Positions 54,871 to 64,000 of a DNA stretch of 64,000 nucleotides are shown here, one piece after another. Under the pieces are notes generated by a model. That model was not told where the DNA came from and did no database searches. It worked only from the letters and a program-made list of their open reading frames with translations. Each line of letters begins with the position of its first letter. Position 1 is the stretch's first letter. The DNA is from a virus. The stretch spans positions 1 through 64,000 of IMG/VR virus record IMGVR_UViG_3300037963_003719; one strand, written 5' to 3'. The position numbers were made by a program, and so were the translations under genes.

Positions 54871-56565
54871 ATGACTAAATTAAAACAAAGCGAAATCTAT
54901 CTTGGCAACCCTAATCTAAAGAAAGTTGGTGTACAAATCAACTTTACACCTGATCAGATTAAGGAGTATTTAAAATGCAAAAAAGATCCTGTCTACTTTG
55001 CTAAAACCTATTGTAAGATTGTATCTCTTGATGAGGGTCTAGTCCCTTTCAATCTATATGATTTCCAGGAAGACATGGTTCGCCGCTTCCATGAAAACAG
55101 ATTTAATATTGCAAAGTTGCCACGACAGACGGGTAAATCAACCACTGTTGTGGCATATTTGATGCACTATGCGTTGTTCAATGACAACGTTAACATTGGT
55201 ATCCTAGCAAACAAAGCACCAACTGCAAGAGAACTGCTAGGAAGGTTACAACTTGCATATGAGAACTTGCCTGAATGGTTGCAGCAGGGTATCATTGCAT
55301 GGAACAAAGGATCTATGGAGCTTGAGAATGGCAGTAAAATTTTGGCATCTTCTACATCTGCAAGTGCTGTCCGAGGTATGTCGTTTAACATCATCTTCCT
55401 CGATGAATTTGCGTTCATTCCAAACCATATTGCAGAGCAATTCTTTTCCTCTGTTTATCCTACTATTTCTTCTGGTAAAAGCACAAAAGTCATAATCATC
55501 TCCACTCCAAATGGAATGAACATGTTCTACAAGTTATGGCATGATGCTGAACTTGGTAGAAACGAATATGTTACAACTGAAGTTCACTGGTCTCAAGTTC
55601 CTGGAAGGGATGAGAACTGGAAAGAACAAACGATTGCCAACACATCTCTACGTCAGTTCACACAAGAGTTTGAGTGTGAGTTCTTAGGATCTGTTGACAC
55701 ACTAATCTCTGCTGCAAAGTTGAGATCCATGTCATATGATGAACCACTTCATGCCAGCAAAGGATTAAAGATATACGAGAACCCCATTCCAGAACATGAG
55801 TATCTCATGACGGTTGACGTTTCACGTGGAACCAATAATGATTACTCTGCATTTATTCTGTATGATATTACAACTGTACCATATAAAGTTGTAGGTGTTT
55901 ACAGAAACAATGAGATTAAACCTATGTTGTTCCCAAACATAATTAATCAAGTTGCTCTTAATTATAATAAAGCATTTATCCTTGTCGAAGTAAATGATAT
56001 TGGAGATCAGGTAGCATCAATCTTGCAGTATGATCTTGAGAATGAAAACCTTCTCATGTGTGCAATGAGAGGTCGTGCTGGGCAATTAGTTGGTCAAGGA
56101 TTTTCTGGATCTAAAACTCAATTAGGAGTTAAGACAAGCACAACAGTTAAGAAAATTGGTTGCTCTAACTTAAAGCAATTGATTGAAGCAGATAAATTAC
56201 TTGTCAATGATTATGATATTATCTCAGAACTAACTACCTTTATTCAAAAGAAACAATCGTTTGAGGCAGAGGAAGGTTGTAACGATGACCTTGCAATGTG
56301 TCTGGTTATCTTTGCATGGTTAGTTGCACAAGATTACTTTAAAGAAATGACGGACAATGATGTTCGTAAAAGGTTATATGAAGAACAGAAAAATCAAATT
56401 GATCAAGATATGGCACCATTTGGTTTTATTGACGATGGTCTAACCGACTATGAATCAGTTGATACTGAAGGTAATGTTTGGTATATTGCTGAAGATGGGA
56501 CTGGTAAATTTTCAGATAGTGCTAGTGAATATGGAGAACTTAATTATATGTGGGAGTATAGATAA
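54871..56565 (+). CDS. gp17: Terminase large subunit gp17
   Basis: YLGNPNLK, PRQTGKST (Walker A), IFLDEFAF (Walker B), ISTPNG, FTQEFEC.F, VDVSRG...DYSAF, DDL.M.L nuclease motifs. No intein or intron. Confidence 0.98.
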   Translation: MTKLKQSEIYLGNPNLKKVGVQINFTPDQIKEYLKCKKDPVYFAKTYCKIVSLDEGLVPFNLYDFQEDMVRRFHENRFNIAKLPRQTGKSTTVVAYLMHYALFNDNVNIGILANKAPTARELLGRLQLAYENLPEWLQQGIIAWNKGSMELENGSKILASSTSASAVRGMSFNIIFLDEFAFIPNHIAEQFFSSVYPTISSGKSTKVIIISTPNGMNMFYKLWHDAELGRNEYVTTEVHWSQVPGRDENWKEQTIANTSLRQFTQEFECEFLGSVDTLISAAKLRSMSYDEPLHASKGLKIYENPIPEHEYLMTVDVSRGTNNDYSAFILYDITTVPYKVVGVYRNNEIKPMLFPNIINQVALNYNKAFILVEVNDIGDQVASILQYDLENENLLMCAMRGRAGQLVGQGFSGSKTQLGVKTSTTVKKIGCSNLKQLIEADKLLVNDYDIISELTTFIQKKQSFEAEEGCNDDLAMCLVIFAWLVAQDYFKEMTDNDVRKRLYEEQKNQIDQDMAPFGFIDDGLTDYESVDTEGNVWYIAEDGTGKFSDSASEYGELNYMWEYR

Positions 56566-56795
56566 TGGAATTTGAAGATGAGTTTGATTTAAGTCATCTT
56601 CTTTTTAATGAAAGAATATGTCGAACGTGTAAAGAAAAGAAAGATCTACTTACTGATTTTTATCTAATACGTAAAAATAGTAAGGGATTACCCTCTGCAT
56701 ATTCTTACGAGTGTAAACGATGTACAAAATTGAGGGTAGCAAATACTAGAAGAAACAAATATGATGTAGGAAATTGGAACTATCCTGACTGGTAG
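56565..56795 (+). CDS. Small Zn-ribbon protein
   Basis: 76 aa with R.C..C...K.L..DFY...K......YSYECK.C. It resembles the N-terminal Zn finger of EndoVII/HNH-type nucleases but has no catalytic domain. Confidence 0.75.
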   Translation: MEFEDEFDLSHLLFNERICRTCKEKKDLLTDFYLIRKNSKGLPSAYSYECKRCTKLRVANTRRNKYDVGNWNYPDW

Positions 56796-56835
56796 AGTGT
56801 TCATGCACTGTTTCCCCTCTGAAAAGAGTCAAAAT

Positions 56836-56843
56836 CATAAATA
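56836..56843 (+). promoter_or_regulatory. T4-type late promoter for gp18
   Basis: CATAAATA followed by an AGGAG SD and ATG 56880. Confidence 0.7.
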
Positions 56844-56879
56844 TTTTTAGAAAATATGACACATTCTTAGGAGATAAAC

Positions 56880-59624
56880 ATGGCGATTTTACGCTCACCT
56901 GGGGTTGTCGTTAGGGAGAAAGACCTAACCAACGGCAGAGCGGATATTACTAACGCAAATCTTGCTGGTTTTTCCGCACCATTTTTAAAAGGTCCTATTG
57001 GAGAAGCAGTAACTATCTCCAACGAAAACGAATTAATCCAAACTTTTGGAGAACCATCAACAGCAAACGCTGACTATTGGTTATCTGGAACTAACTTCCT
57101 CAACTACGGAGGACAACTTTCAGTAGTCAGAACTGACTCTGATGACCTCTTTAACTCAGTCGCTAGAGTCGGTAACTCACTGAGTGCAATTACCGTTACG
57201 AACCCTACAACAAACGGTAAGTATGTAAGTGCTCCTGCTGTTACTTTCGTTGGTGGTGGCGGTTCTAATGCTGAGGCAACTGCACTGATCGATGCTAATG
57301 GTAAAGTAACCTCAATCAATATCACAAATACTGGTAGTGGATTTACTTCTGCTCCAACTGTTGAAATTGCTCCTGTAGGTACAACTGCTCTTGCAACCGC
57401 TGCTCAAGGAACAACTGCTACAGCAACTGCTGCTGCAGGTAACTTGAATTCTGGTGCATTGACTGGTACAGCAACAATCACCCTTGCAGGTTCTGGATAT
57501 TCTTCCGCTCCTAATATCACCGTATCAGGTGGTGGTGGCGCTGGTGGAACTGGAATTGCTACCGTAGTTAACGGTCAGATTACATCTGTTGCACTTTCTG
57601 GTGGTTCAGGTTATACCTCAGCACCAACTCTTGATATTGAAGATCCAACTGGTGTTGTTGTTACTATCACTTCTTCTGGTACTAACTACGATCCTACTGG
57701 AACATATAACGTTAACGTTTCTGGTGGTTCTACTGTTGGTGGTGCTACTTTCTCTGGTACTTTGGTTGTAAACCAGAGTGGAGAGGTTACTGGAGTAAAC
57801 GTTGCTAGTAATGCAGATTTCGGTAACTACTCTAGTTTTTCTGGTGTAACACCAGTCATCCCTGCTGCTGGTACAACTGCCCTGGCAACTGCAACCATTG
57901 CTGCAGATCCAATTAAGATTTCTAGAAATGAGGTTTATGAAGCATCTTATTCTGGTAATACTAGTGGTTGGTTATATGCTTCTAGATCTGCTGGTTCATG
58001 GGGTAATTCTTTAAGAGTTTGTACTGTTGACCGTGGTCCTCAGCAATCACTTTATCTGACAACTAATCCTACAGCACCTGCTGCAGGTACTTTCGTTACC
58101 TCAGGTATTAAAAAAGGTAAGGTCATTGACACTTCCAATGGCACTGACGGAAATCTGATCGTTCACGTTGTTATCGTTGATAGCACAAATAACGATTCAT
58201 ACGTTTCTTGGCCACAATCAAATCAGAAGTTTGCTGATTCTGATGCAGTCACCATGGGTGGTGTATCATATACACTCAAATCATCTTCTGGTGTTGATGA
58301 CGGTGGTGAGTGGTATTTAAAGAAAGAACTGTATGAAGGTTCTGGTGTTCTGTGGAACTCAATCGCCGCAAGACCAGGAAGTAGTGACGACTCCATTGAA
58401 TTCTTCGGAAGCATTTATGGTTATGATAGCATTCACGTTGCAATCGTCGATGAAGATGGTCTGATCTCAGGTGCAAAGAATTCAATTCTTGAAGCTTGGA
58501 CTTACATGTCTAAAGCAAACAATGCTAGAGGTCCACAAGGTGGTTCTAATTACTACAAGAAAGTTATTTCTTCTGGTAGTCAGTATGTTTATGTTGGCGA
58601 CACTGCATTTGAATATCAAGAAAAAACTGCAGCATTTGAACCAGTTGGCGCTAAGTCAAACTCACTGACAGGTGGTGCAAACTATAACCTCCTTGCTAGT
58701 GGAGAGTTCGATTGTTCAGTATCAGAAATTACTGCAGGTTATTCAATCTTCACTGATACTGACAACACTTCCCTTGACTACATCATCATGGGTCCTGGAA
58801 TGTATAATGAGGCAGACACTCTGCAAAAACTCAGTTTCATTTCTGGTATCGCTGCTGCAAGAAAAGATTGTATTGCTTTTGGTTCCCCACACAAAGGAGC
58901 TATTATTTCCTCTAGTGGAACCGCTCTTTCTAATAACGATATTGTTAGAAACATTAAGGCGTTCTACAATGCTGTAGGAAGTAGTTCTTATCTGGTTCTT
59001 GATGGAAACTACAAGTACGTCTATGATCGTTGGAACGATGTATATCGTTACATTCCTTGCAACACTGACGTTGCTGGTCTGGTAGCAGACACCGCAATTA
59101 GAAACGAACCATGGTTCTCACCTGCTGGTTTCTCCAGAGGTGGTATCCGTAACCTGGCAAAACTTGCTTGGAACCCAGGCAAATCAGATAGAGATGAACT
59201 CTATGCAAATAGAATTAATCCTATCGCAACATTCCCTGGTCAAGGTGCAGTTCTCTTCGGAGACAAGACCGCACTCTCTAACCCATCTGCTTTTGACAGA
59301 ATCAACGTTCGTAAGTTGTTCCTGGTTGTTGAGAGGGCAATTGAGCAAGCAGCGAAAGCACAACTCTTTGAGATTAACGACGAGACCACAAGAAACGTTT
59401 TCAGGTCTATTGTTGAACCATTCCTTCGTGATGTTCAAGCAAGAAGAGGAATCACCGATTTCTTAGTTGTCTGTGATGACACGAATAACACTCCTGCTGT
59501 TGTTGATAACAATGAGTTTATGGCAGAAATTTATATCCAACCTGCCCGTTCGATTAACTTCGTAACCTTGACGTTTACTGCGACGAGAACTGGTATCTCC
59601 TTCGACGAGATTATCGGTAGATGA
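56880..59624 (+). CDS. gp18: Tail sheath protein gp18 with a Gly/Thr-rich insertion
   Basis: SPGVVVRE.DLT, FG.P, FL.YGG.L.VVR, PWFSPAG..RG, RD.LY.NRINP, LFGDKT, FDRINVR.LF, I.PARSINF..L.F.A.R.G..F.E. Confidence 0.97.
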   Translation: MAILRSPGVVVREKDLTNGRADITNANLAGFSAPFLKGPIGEAVTISNENELIQTFGEPSTANADYWLSGTNFLNYGGQLSVVRTDSDDLFNSVARVGNSLSAITVTNPTTNGKYVSAPAVTFVGGGGSNAEATALIDANGKVTSINITNTGSGFTSAPTVEIAPVGTTALATAAQGTTATATAAAGNLNSGALTGTATITLAGSGYSSAPNITVSGGGGAGGTGIATVVNGQITSVALSGGSGYTSAPTLDIEDPTGVVVTITSSGTNYDPTGTYNVNVSGGSTVGGATFSGTLVVNQSGEVTGVNVASNADFGNYSSFSGVTPVIPAAGTTALATATIAADPIKISRNEVYEASYSGNTSGWLYASRSAGSWGNSLRVCTVDRGPQQSLYLTTNPTAPAAGTFVTSGIKKGKVIDTSNGTDGNLIVHVVIVDSTNNDSYVSWPQSNQKFADSDAVTMGGVSYTLKSSSGVDDGGEWYLKKELYEGSGVLWNSIAARPGSSDDSIEFFGSIYGYDSIHVAIVDEDGLISGAKNSILEAWTYMSKANNARGPQGGSNYYKKVISSGSQYVYVGDTAFEYQEKTAAFEPVGAKSNSLTGGANYNLLASGEFDCSVSEITAGYSIFTDTDNTSLDYIIMGPGMYNEADTLQKLSFISGIAAARKDCIAFGSPHKGAIISSSGTALSNNDIVRNIKAFYNAVGSSSYLVLDGNYKYVYDRWNDVYRYIPCNTDVAGLVADTAIRNEPWFSPAGFSRGGIRNLAKLAWNPGKSDRDELYANRINPIATFPGQGAVLFGDKTALSNPSAFDRINVRKLFLVVERAIEQAAKAQLFEINDETTRNVFRSIVEPFLRDVQARRGITDFLVVCDDTNNTPAVVDNNEFMAEIYIQPARSINFVTLTFTATRTGISFDEIIGR

Positions 59625-59633
59625 TCATTAGAT

Positions 59634-59641
59634 AATAAATA
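59634..59641 (+). promoter_or_regulatory. T4-type late promoter for gp19
   Basis: AATAAATA followed by a GGGAG SD. Confidence 0.7.
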
Positions 59642-59662
59642 AATTTACGGGAGACACAACCA

Positions 59663-60328
59663 ATGGCAAACATTAACCAGTTCAAATCTAGATTACAGGG
59701 CGGCGTTCGCCCTAATCTATTCCAAGTAGATATCACATTCCCTGAGGCATCTTTTGATCTTGGAAGTATTAAAAACCCTTCAGGTTTAACTGAGGCAGGT
59801 AGATTCCTCTGCAGATCTGCACAGATTCCTGCAGCAAACCAAGGACTTATTGAAGTACCTTTCAGAGGTCGCTTCCTTAAGATTCCTGGTGACAGAACCT
59901 TTGAACCTTGGACTGCTACTTTCTACAACACCACAGATTTCGATCTGAGAGCAGCATTTGAGCAGTGGATCAACATCGGTAACAAAACTGATGAAGCACT
60001 GGGAACTTATAACTTCGGTTCTGAAGGTTCCTTCGCTCAGTATTTCCAGGACATCACAATTAGACAACTGGACAAAAACCCAGAATCTAAGGGAAATGTA
60101 ACAAAAGGCGGTGGTGTAAATAAAGTACTTAGAGAGTACAAACTTGTAGGTGCTTGGCCAACTTCTGTTGGTGCAATTAACCTTGCATATGACAGCAACG
60201 ATCAGATTGAAGAATTTGACGTTGAGTTCCAATATCAGTATCTTGATGCTGGTGAGAAGAACTTCCAAGTCGGTAATGGTGAATTCACCAAACTGAGAAA
60301 CGTAGGTTCTACCACAAGTGCAGGTTAA
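59663..60328 (+). CDS. gp19: Tail tube protein gp19
   Basis: FKS.L.GG.RPNLF.V, FLC..A.IPA, VPFRGR.LKI.GDRTFE.W, R.AFEQW, IEEF.VEFQ.Q. Confidence 0.96.
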   Translation: MANINQFKSRLQGGVRPNLFQVDITFPEASFDLGSIKNPSGLTEAGRFLCRSAQIPAANQGLIEVPFRGRFLKIPGDRTFEPWTATFYNTTDFDLRAAFEQWINIGNKTDEALGTYNFGSEGSFAQYFQDITIRQLDKNPESKGNVTKGGGVNKVLREYKLVGAWPTSVGAINLAYDSNDQIEEFDVEFQYQYLDAGEKNFQVGNGEFTKLRNVGSTTSAG

Positions 60329-60335
60329 TTAAAGT

Positions 60336-60370
60336 GATAAATAGAGTAACGGTCCAGTTACTCTATATTT
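60336..60370 (+). terminator. Perfect hairpin overlapping a late promoter between gp19 and gp20
   Basis: GATAAATA (60336-43) overlaps ATAGAGTAAC-GGTCCA-GTTACTCTAT (60341-60366; 10-bp perfect stem), followed by ATTT. Confidence 0.6.
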
Positions 60371-60373
60371 GGA

Positions 60374-61984
60374 ATGGCGCAATTATTTGGATTTTCAATT
60401 AAAGATGAAGATCTCAAGAAGGGGGCGAAGGCAGCTACGTCCCCTGTTCCACCTACAGACAATGACGCTAGTTCGACCATCACTCCTTACGGGGGATGGT
60501 TTGGTCATTATGTAGATCTTGATGATACTAAAAAACGTGACGAGATTAATCTCATCCGTCGTTATAGAGAAATGGCACTTGCTCCAGAAGTGGACAGTGC
60601 GATTGAAGATGTAACAAACGAAGCGATTGTAACTGATAAGGATGACAGTCCAGTAGAATTAGAACTGTCTAACTTAGAAGTATCAGAATCGATCAAGAAC
60701 CGAATGAGAGAAGAGTTTGATCATATCAAACGTCTTCTTGATTTTGATAAATCTGCACATCAAATCTTCAGACGTTGGTACGTTGATGGTAGATTATTTT
60801 ATCATAAAGTTATCGATCTAGAAGATCCTTCAAAGGGTCTATTAGAACTCCGTTATATTGATCCTCTTAAAATTAAGAAGGTGCGTCTGGTAGAAAAACC
60901 AGCAGTAGACGCAGATCAATTTAACAAATACGACTACGGTAAAGTCACAGAATTTTTTGTTTACAATGCTAAAGGTGTAAACAATACCAACCAAGGAATT
61001 AAAATTGCAAGGGATGCTATTACATACGTAGCATCTGGTATTGTAGACCAGGGTAGAAATATGACCCTGAGTTATTTGCACAAAGCAATCAAGTATCTTA
61101 ATCAATTAAGAATGCTTGAGGACAGCATTGTTATCTACAGATTATCAAGAGCACCCGAGCGTAGAATTTTCTACATCGATGTTGGTAATCTTCCTAAAAT
61201 TAAAGCGGAACAATACCTGCGTGATGTAATGTCACGCTACAGAAATAAGATGGTATATGACTCCAGTACTGGAGAAATCCGTGATGACAAAAAGCATATG
61301 AGTATGCTTGAGGACTTCTGGTTGCCTCGTCGTGAAGGTGGTCGTGGTACAGAAATTACCACACTGCCTGGTGGACAAAACCTTGGTGAACTGACTGACA
61401 TTAAGTATTTCCAAACACAACTTTATAAAGCACTTAATGTTCCTGCTTCTAGATTGGAAAGTGATAAGTCATTTGATTTAGGTAAATCTGAAGAGATCAA
61501 CAGAGACGAAATTAAATTTACAAAGTTTGTAGGTCGTCTCCGTAAAAAGTTCTCTGACCTTCTTCATGACCTTCTTAAAACACAACTGATCCTTAAAGGT
61601 GTAATCACAGTTGAAGATTGGGAAGACATGAAAGAGCACATTCAGTATGATTACCTTTATGATAATCAATTTGCTGAACTTGCTAATCTCGAATTACTTG
61701 AGAAGAAAATGGAAGTCCTTGACAAAGTAGACCTCTATGTTGGCAAGTATTTCTCACAAGATTATGTAATGCGTCAACTCCTGCACTTCACTGAGCAAGA
61801 GATTGAGGAAATGCAGAATCAAATAAATACAGAAATCAAAGCAGGTCAAGTCATTGATCCGCTTGATACGATTGATCAAGAGAAGCAAACTGCTGAAATT
61901 GATATGGAAACTAAGCAAGTTTCTTTAGACAATCTTAAAAATCCCCCTGAACCTAAAACGTCAGGATCCCAAAACACTAAATAA
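60374..61984 (+). CDS. gp20: Portal vertex protein gp20
   Basis: LFGFSI, LIRRYREMAL.PE.D.AIED, FRRWYVDGR, YRLSRAPERRIFYIDVGNLPK.KAEQYL, MLEDFWLPRREGGRGTEITTLPGGQNLGE. Confidence 0.98.
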   Translation: MAQLFGFSIKDEDLKKGAKAATSPVPPTDNDASSTITPYGGWFGHYVDLDDTKKRDEINLIRRYREMALAPEVDSAIEDVTNEAIVTDKDDSPVELELSNLEVSESIKNRMREEFDHIKRLLDFDKSAHQIFRRWYVDGRLFYHKVIDLEDPSKGLLELRYIDPLKIKKVRLVEKPAVDADQFNKYDYGKVTEFFVYNAKGVNNTNQGIKIARDAITYVASGIVDQGRNMTLSYLHKAIKYLNQLRMLEDSIVIYRLSRAPERRIFYIDVGNLPKIKAEQYLRDVMSRYRNKMVYDSSTGEIRDDKKHMSMLEDFWLPRREGGRGTEITTLPGGQNLGELTDIKYFQTQLYKALNVPASRLESDKSFDLGKSEEINRDEIKFTKFVGRLRKKFSDLLHDLLKTQLILKGVITVEDWEDMKEHIQYDYLYDNQFAELANLELLEKKMEVLDKVDLYVGKYFSQDYVMRQLLHFTEQEIEEMQNQINTEIKAGQVIDPLDTIDQEKQTAEIDMETKQVSLDNLKNPPEPKTSGSQNTK

Positions 61985-61998
61985 TACCGAGGTTAATT

Positions 61999-62196
61999 AT
62001 GGAACCTACTAAAATCGTGGATATGATCATGAAGGATCAACTTGCTGATGCTTCTGATGCTGTGAAAGATATGATTATGAACAAGGCGGCGCAGATCTTA
62101 ACTCTTGAAAAAGAAAAGGTCGGGCAAAGCATGTTCGCCCATCTAGAAAACGAACCCGAACAGACCGAAGATGAAACTGATCACGGAACAGATTGA
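61999..62196 (+). CDS. Small prohead core protein (gp67 position)
   Basis: 65-aa acidic protein between gp20 and gp21, preceded by CTAAATA (61977-83) and GAGG. Confidence 0.7.
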   Translation: MEPTKIVDMIMKDQLADASDAVKDMIMNKAAQILTLEKEKVGQSMFAHLENEPEQTEDETDHGTD

Positions 62197-62815
62197 AGCT
62201 GTAGAATTTCTTGTTGAAGAAAGTGGTTCAAAAAAGAATCACTTTATCGAAGGGGTATTTCTTCAAGCGGATATTAAAAATAGAAATGGTAGAGTGTATG
62301 AGATGAACGTTCTTGAAAAAGAAGTTGGTCGTTATACCGAATCTTATATTTCTAAAGATCGTGCTCTTGGAGAACTCGGTCATCCTGAGGGACCTACCGT
62401 TAATTTAGATAGAGTGTCACATAAAATTGTATCACTTCAAAAAGAAGGACATAATTTTATCGGCAAAGCAAAAATCCTTGATACCCCTATGGGCAAGATT
62501 GCTAAAAATCTAATTGATGAAGGTGTTAAATTGGGTGTCTCATCACGTGGTGTTGGATCAATTTCTGAAAGAAATGGTGCATCATATGTCCGTGATGACT
62601 TCATGCTCGCTACTGCTGCAGATATTGTAGCAGATCCATCTGCTCCTGATGCTTTTGTAGAAGGAATTATGGAAGGAAAAGAGTGGGTATGGAACAATGG
62701 CATTCTTACAGAACGTCATATTCAATCCATTAAGAACGGAATTGATGCTGCAACTTTGCATAATCTACAAGAGCGCAAGGTTTCCGCGTTTGCCGAGTTC
62801 TTAAAGGGATTATAA
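62171..62815 (+). CDS. gp21: Prohead protease gp21
   Basis: MKLITE, IEGVFLQ..IKNRNGR.Y, ALGELGHP.GP..NLDRVSH, LGVSSRG.GS, DIVADPSAP.AFV.GIME. Confidence 0.97.
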   Translation: MKLITEQIEAVEFLVEESGSKKNHFIEGVFLQADIKNRNGRVYEMNVLEKEVGRYTESYISKDRALGELGHPEGPTVNLDRVSHKIVSLQKEGHNFIGKAKILDTPMGKIAKNLIDEGVKLGVSSRGVGSISERNGASYVRDDFMLATAADIVADPSAPDAFVEGIMEGKEWVWNNGILTERHIQSIKNGIDAATLHNLQERKVSAFAEFLKGL

Positions 62816-62817
62816 TT

Positions 62818-62825
62818 TATAAATA
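62818..62825 (+). promoter_or_regulatory. T4-type late promoter for gp22/gp23
   Basis: TATAAATA followed by a TAAGGAG SD. Confidence 0.85.
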
Positions 62826-62865
62826 AAACATAGAATCTAACAGATTATATTAAGGAGAATAGCAC

Positions 62866-63909
62866 ATGTCAGCATCAGTTGACCAACAATTTGAAACCTT
62901 CGTAGAAGAAACTCTTGAGGAAAAAGCGCCAACTGATGGTGCCAAGGGTGCAGACCCTATGGTTGCTGCAACTATTCCTGGTCCCCAAGATACTGCGAAG
63001 GACAACCTTGGTGGTCCTACCAACCAGAACTACAAGCAAGACAACGATTCATCTAAGATTGCCAACAAAGGTACATCGAAGGTTAGCGACGTTAACACTA
63101 AGTCCGCTAAACCAGGCGATGCTGCTCCTGGCAAACTGAAGGAAGAAGAGGAGTCAACTGAAGAAGTAGTTTCCGAAACAACCGAAGTTACCGAAGAAGA
63201 GTTCAGCGTAGAAGAAGATGTTAACGCACTTCTGACTGGCGAAGAACTTTCCGAAGAATTTAAAGAGAAGACAAAAACAATCTTTGAAGCTGCAGTTAAG
63301 TCAAAACTTGCTGAAGAAACTAAGAAGATTGAAGAGTCATTTGAGGTACGTCTTACTGAGCAAGTTGACACCGTTAAAACGGAACTTGCTGAGAAGATGG
63401 ACAAGTTCCTCACCTATGTTGCCGAAGAGTGGAAGAAAGAGAATGAACTCGAACTCCACAACGGCATTAAACTTGAGATGATGCAGTCCTTCATGGACGG
63501 CATGAAAAATCTTTTTGAAGAAAATTATGTACAACTCCCTGAAGAAAAATATGATGTTATGCAAGAGATGACAGACAAACTTGATGAAATGGAAGCAAAG
63601 CTCAATGAGCAAATTGAAACAAACATGTCACTCAACGGTAAGGTTAACTCTTTTGTTAAAGAGTCAATTGTAACCGAAGTTTCCAAAGGTCTCGCAGATA
63701 CCCAAGCAGAGAAGTTCTCTTCACTCGCTGAAGGTGTTGAATTTGAGTCCGAGGAGTCCTTCAAAGAAAAACTAGAAACTATTAAGGAATCTTATTTCCC
63801 TAAAGCAAAGGTTGAACTGAAGGAAGACATTGCAACTGATGAAGTTGCGTCCCCTGTAGAGGGTTCGATGTCTGCGTATGTAAACGCAATCTCCCGCTAC
63901 GGGAAATAA
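62866..63909 (+). CDS. gp22: Prohead core scaffold gp22
   Basis: Acidic coiled coil with DV.AL..GE.LSEEFK.K..TIFEAAV, YV.EEW..EN, F..KL.T.KESYF. Confidence 0.94.
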   Translation: MSASVDQQFETFVEETLEEKAPTDGAKGADPMVAATIPGPQDTAKDNLGGPTNQNYKQDNDSSKIANKGTSKVSDVNTKSAKPGDAAPGKLKEEEESTEEVVSETTEVTEEEFSVEEDVNALLTGEELSEEFKEKTKTIFEAAVKSKLAEETKKIEESFEVRLTEQVDTVKTELAEKMDKFLTYVAEEWKKENELELHNGIKLEMMQSFMDGMKNLFEENYVQLPEEKYDVMQEMTDKLDEMEAKLNEQIETNMSLNGKVNSFVKESIVTEVSKGLADTQAEKFSSLAEGVEFESEESFKEKLETIKESYFPKAKVELKEDIATDEVASPVEGSMSAYVNAISRYGK

Positions 63910-63948
63910 TTATTAATCCACTTACTACTATCCAATAAGGAGAAACAA

Positions 63949-64000
63949 ATGTTAGGTTTATCCCAACAACTCCAGGAGAAGTGGGCACCTGTTCTTGAGC
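63949..64000 (+). CDS. gp23: Major capsid protein gp23 (5' end only)
   Basis: TAAGGAG SD, then MLGLSQQLQEKWAPVLE, the gp23 L.EKW.P.L N-terminal signature, directly after gp22. Confidence 0.9.
   Translation, partial: MLGLSQQLQEKWAPVLE

Noticed and set aside
54871-61984. Introns or inteins in gp17, gp18 or gp20
   Set aside because: gp17 and gp20 have normal lengths and continuous motifs. The gp18 insert is a structural repeat without splicing motifs.
1-64000. tRNA, rRNA or CRISPR arrays
   Set aside because: Intergenic gaps are almost all under 90 nt and are accounted for by promoters, SDs and hairpins. I saw no cloverleaf or repeat-spacer pattern.

Overview
The whole window is a gene-dense, AT-rich, single-strand (+) virion structural module of a T4-like myovirus. 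Gene order and accessory families match marine cyanomyoviruses (Kyanoviridae-type). The host is inferred, because no photosynthesis gene lies in the window. Order: two gp5.1-like paralogs and a PAAR spike; a small early-promoter island; baseplate gp25-gp6-gp7-gp8; a VrlC-like protein; a ~27 kb block of giant modular tail-fibre and lectin genes; an early/late two-gene unit with a 2OG-Fe(II) oxygenase; then gp13-14-15-16, four small ORFs, gp17, gp18-19-20, gp21-22 and the start of gp23. T4-type late promoters (NATAAATA) precede most operons, and two perfect sigma70 promoters are present. The most striking observation is in the 3474-aa tail fibre. It carries four alpha-helical repeats that align by eye with the phycobiliprotein beta-subunit globin fold and keep both bilin-attachment cysteines and both bilin-coordinating aspartates. 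This suggests a possibly chromophorylated (light-responsive or host-mimicking) virion fibre. Other notable items are a complete type-1 copper site in a second fibre, nested domain insertions, a candidate two-state RNA switch, and several small ORFs missing from the ORF track. All homology calls are from pattern recognition, not database searches.
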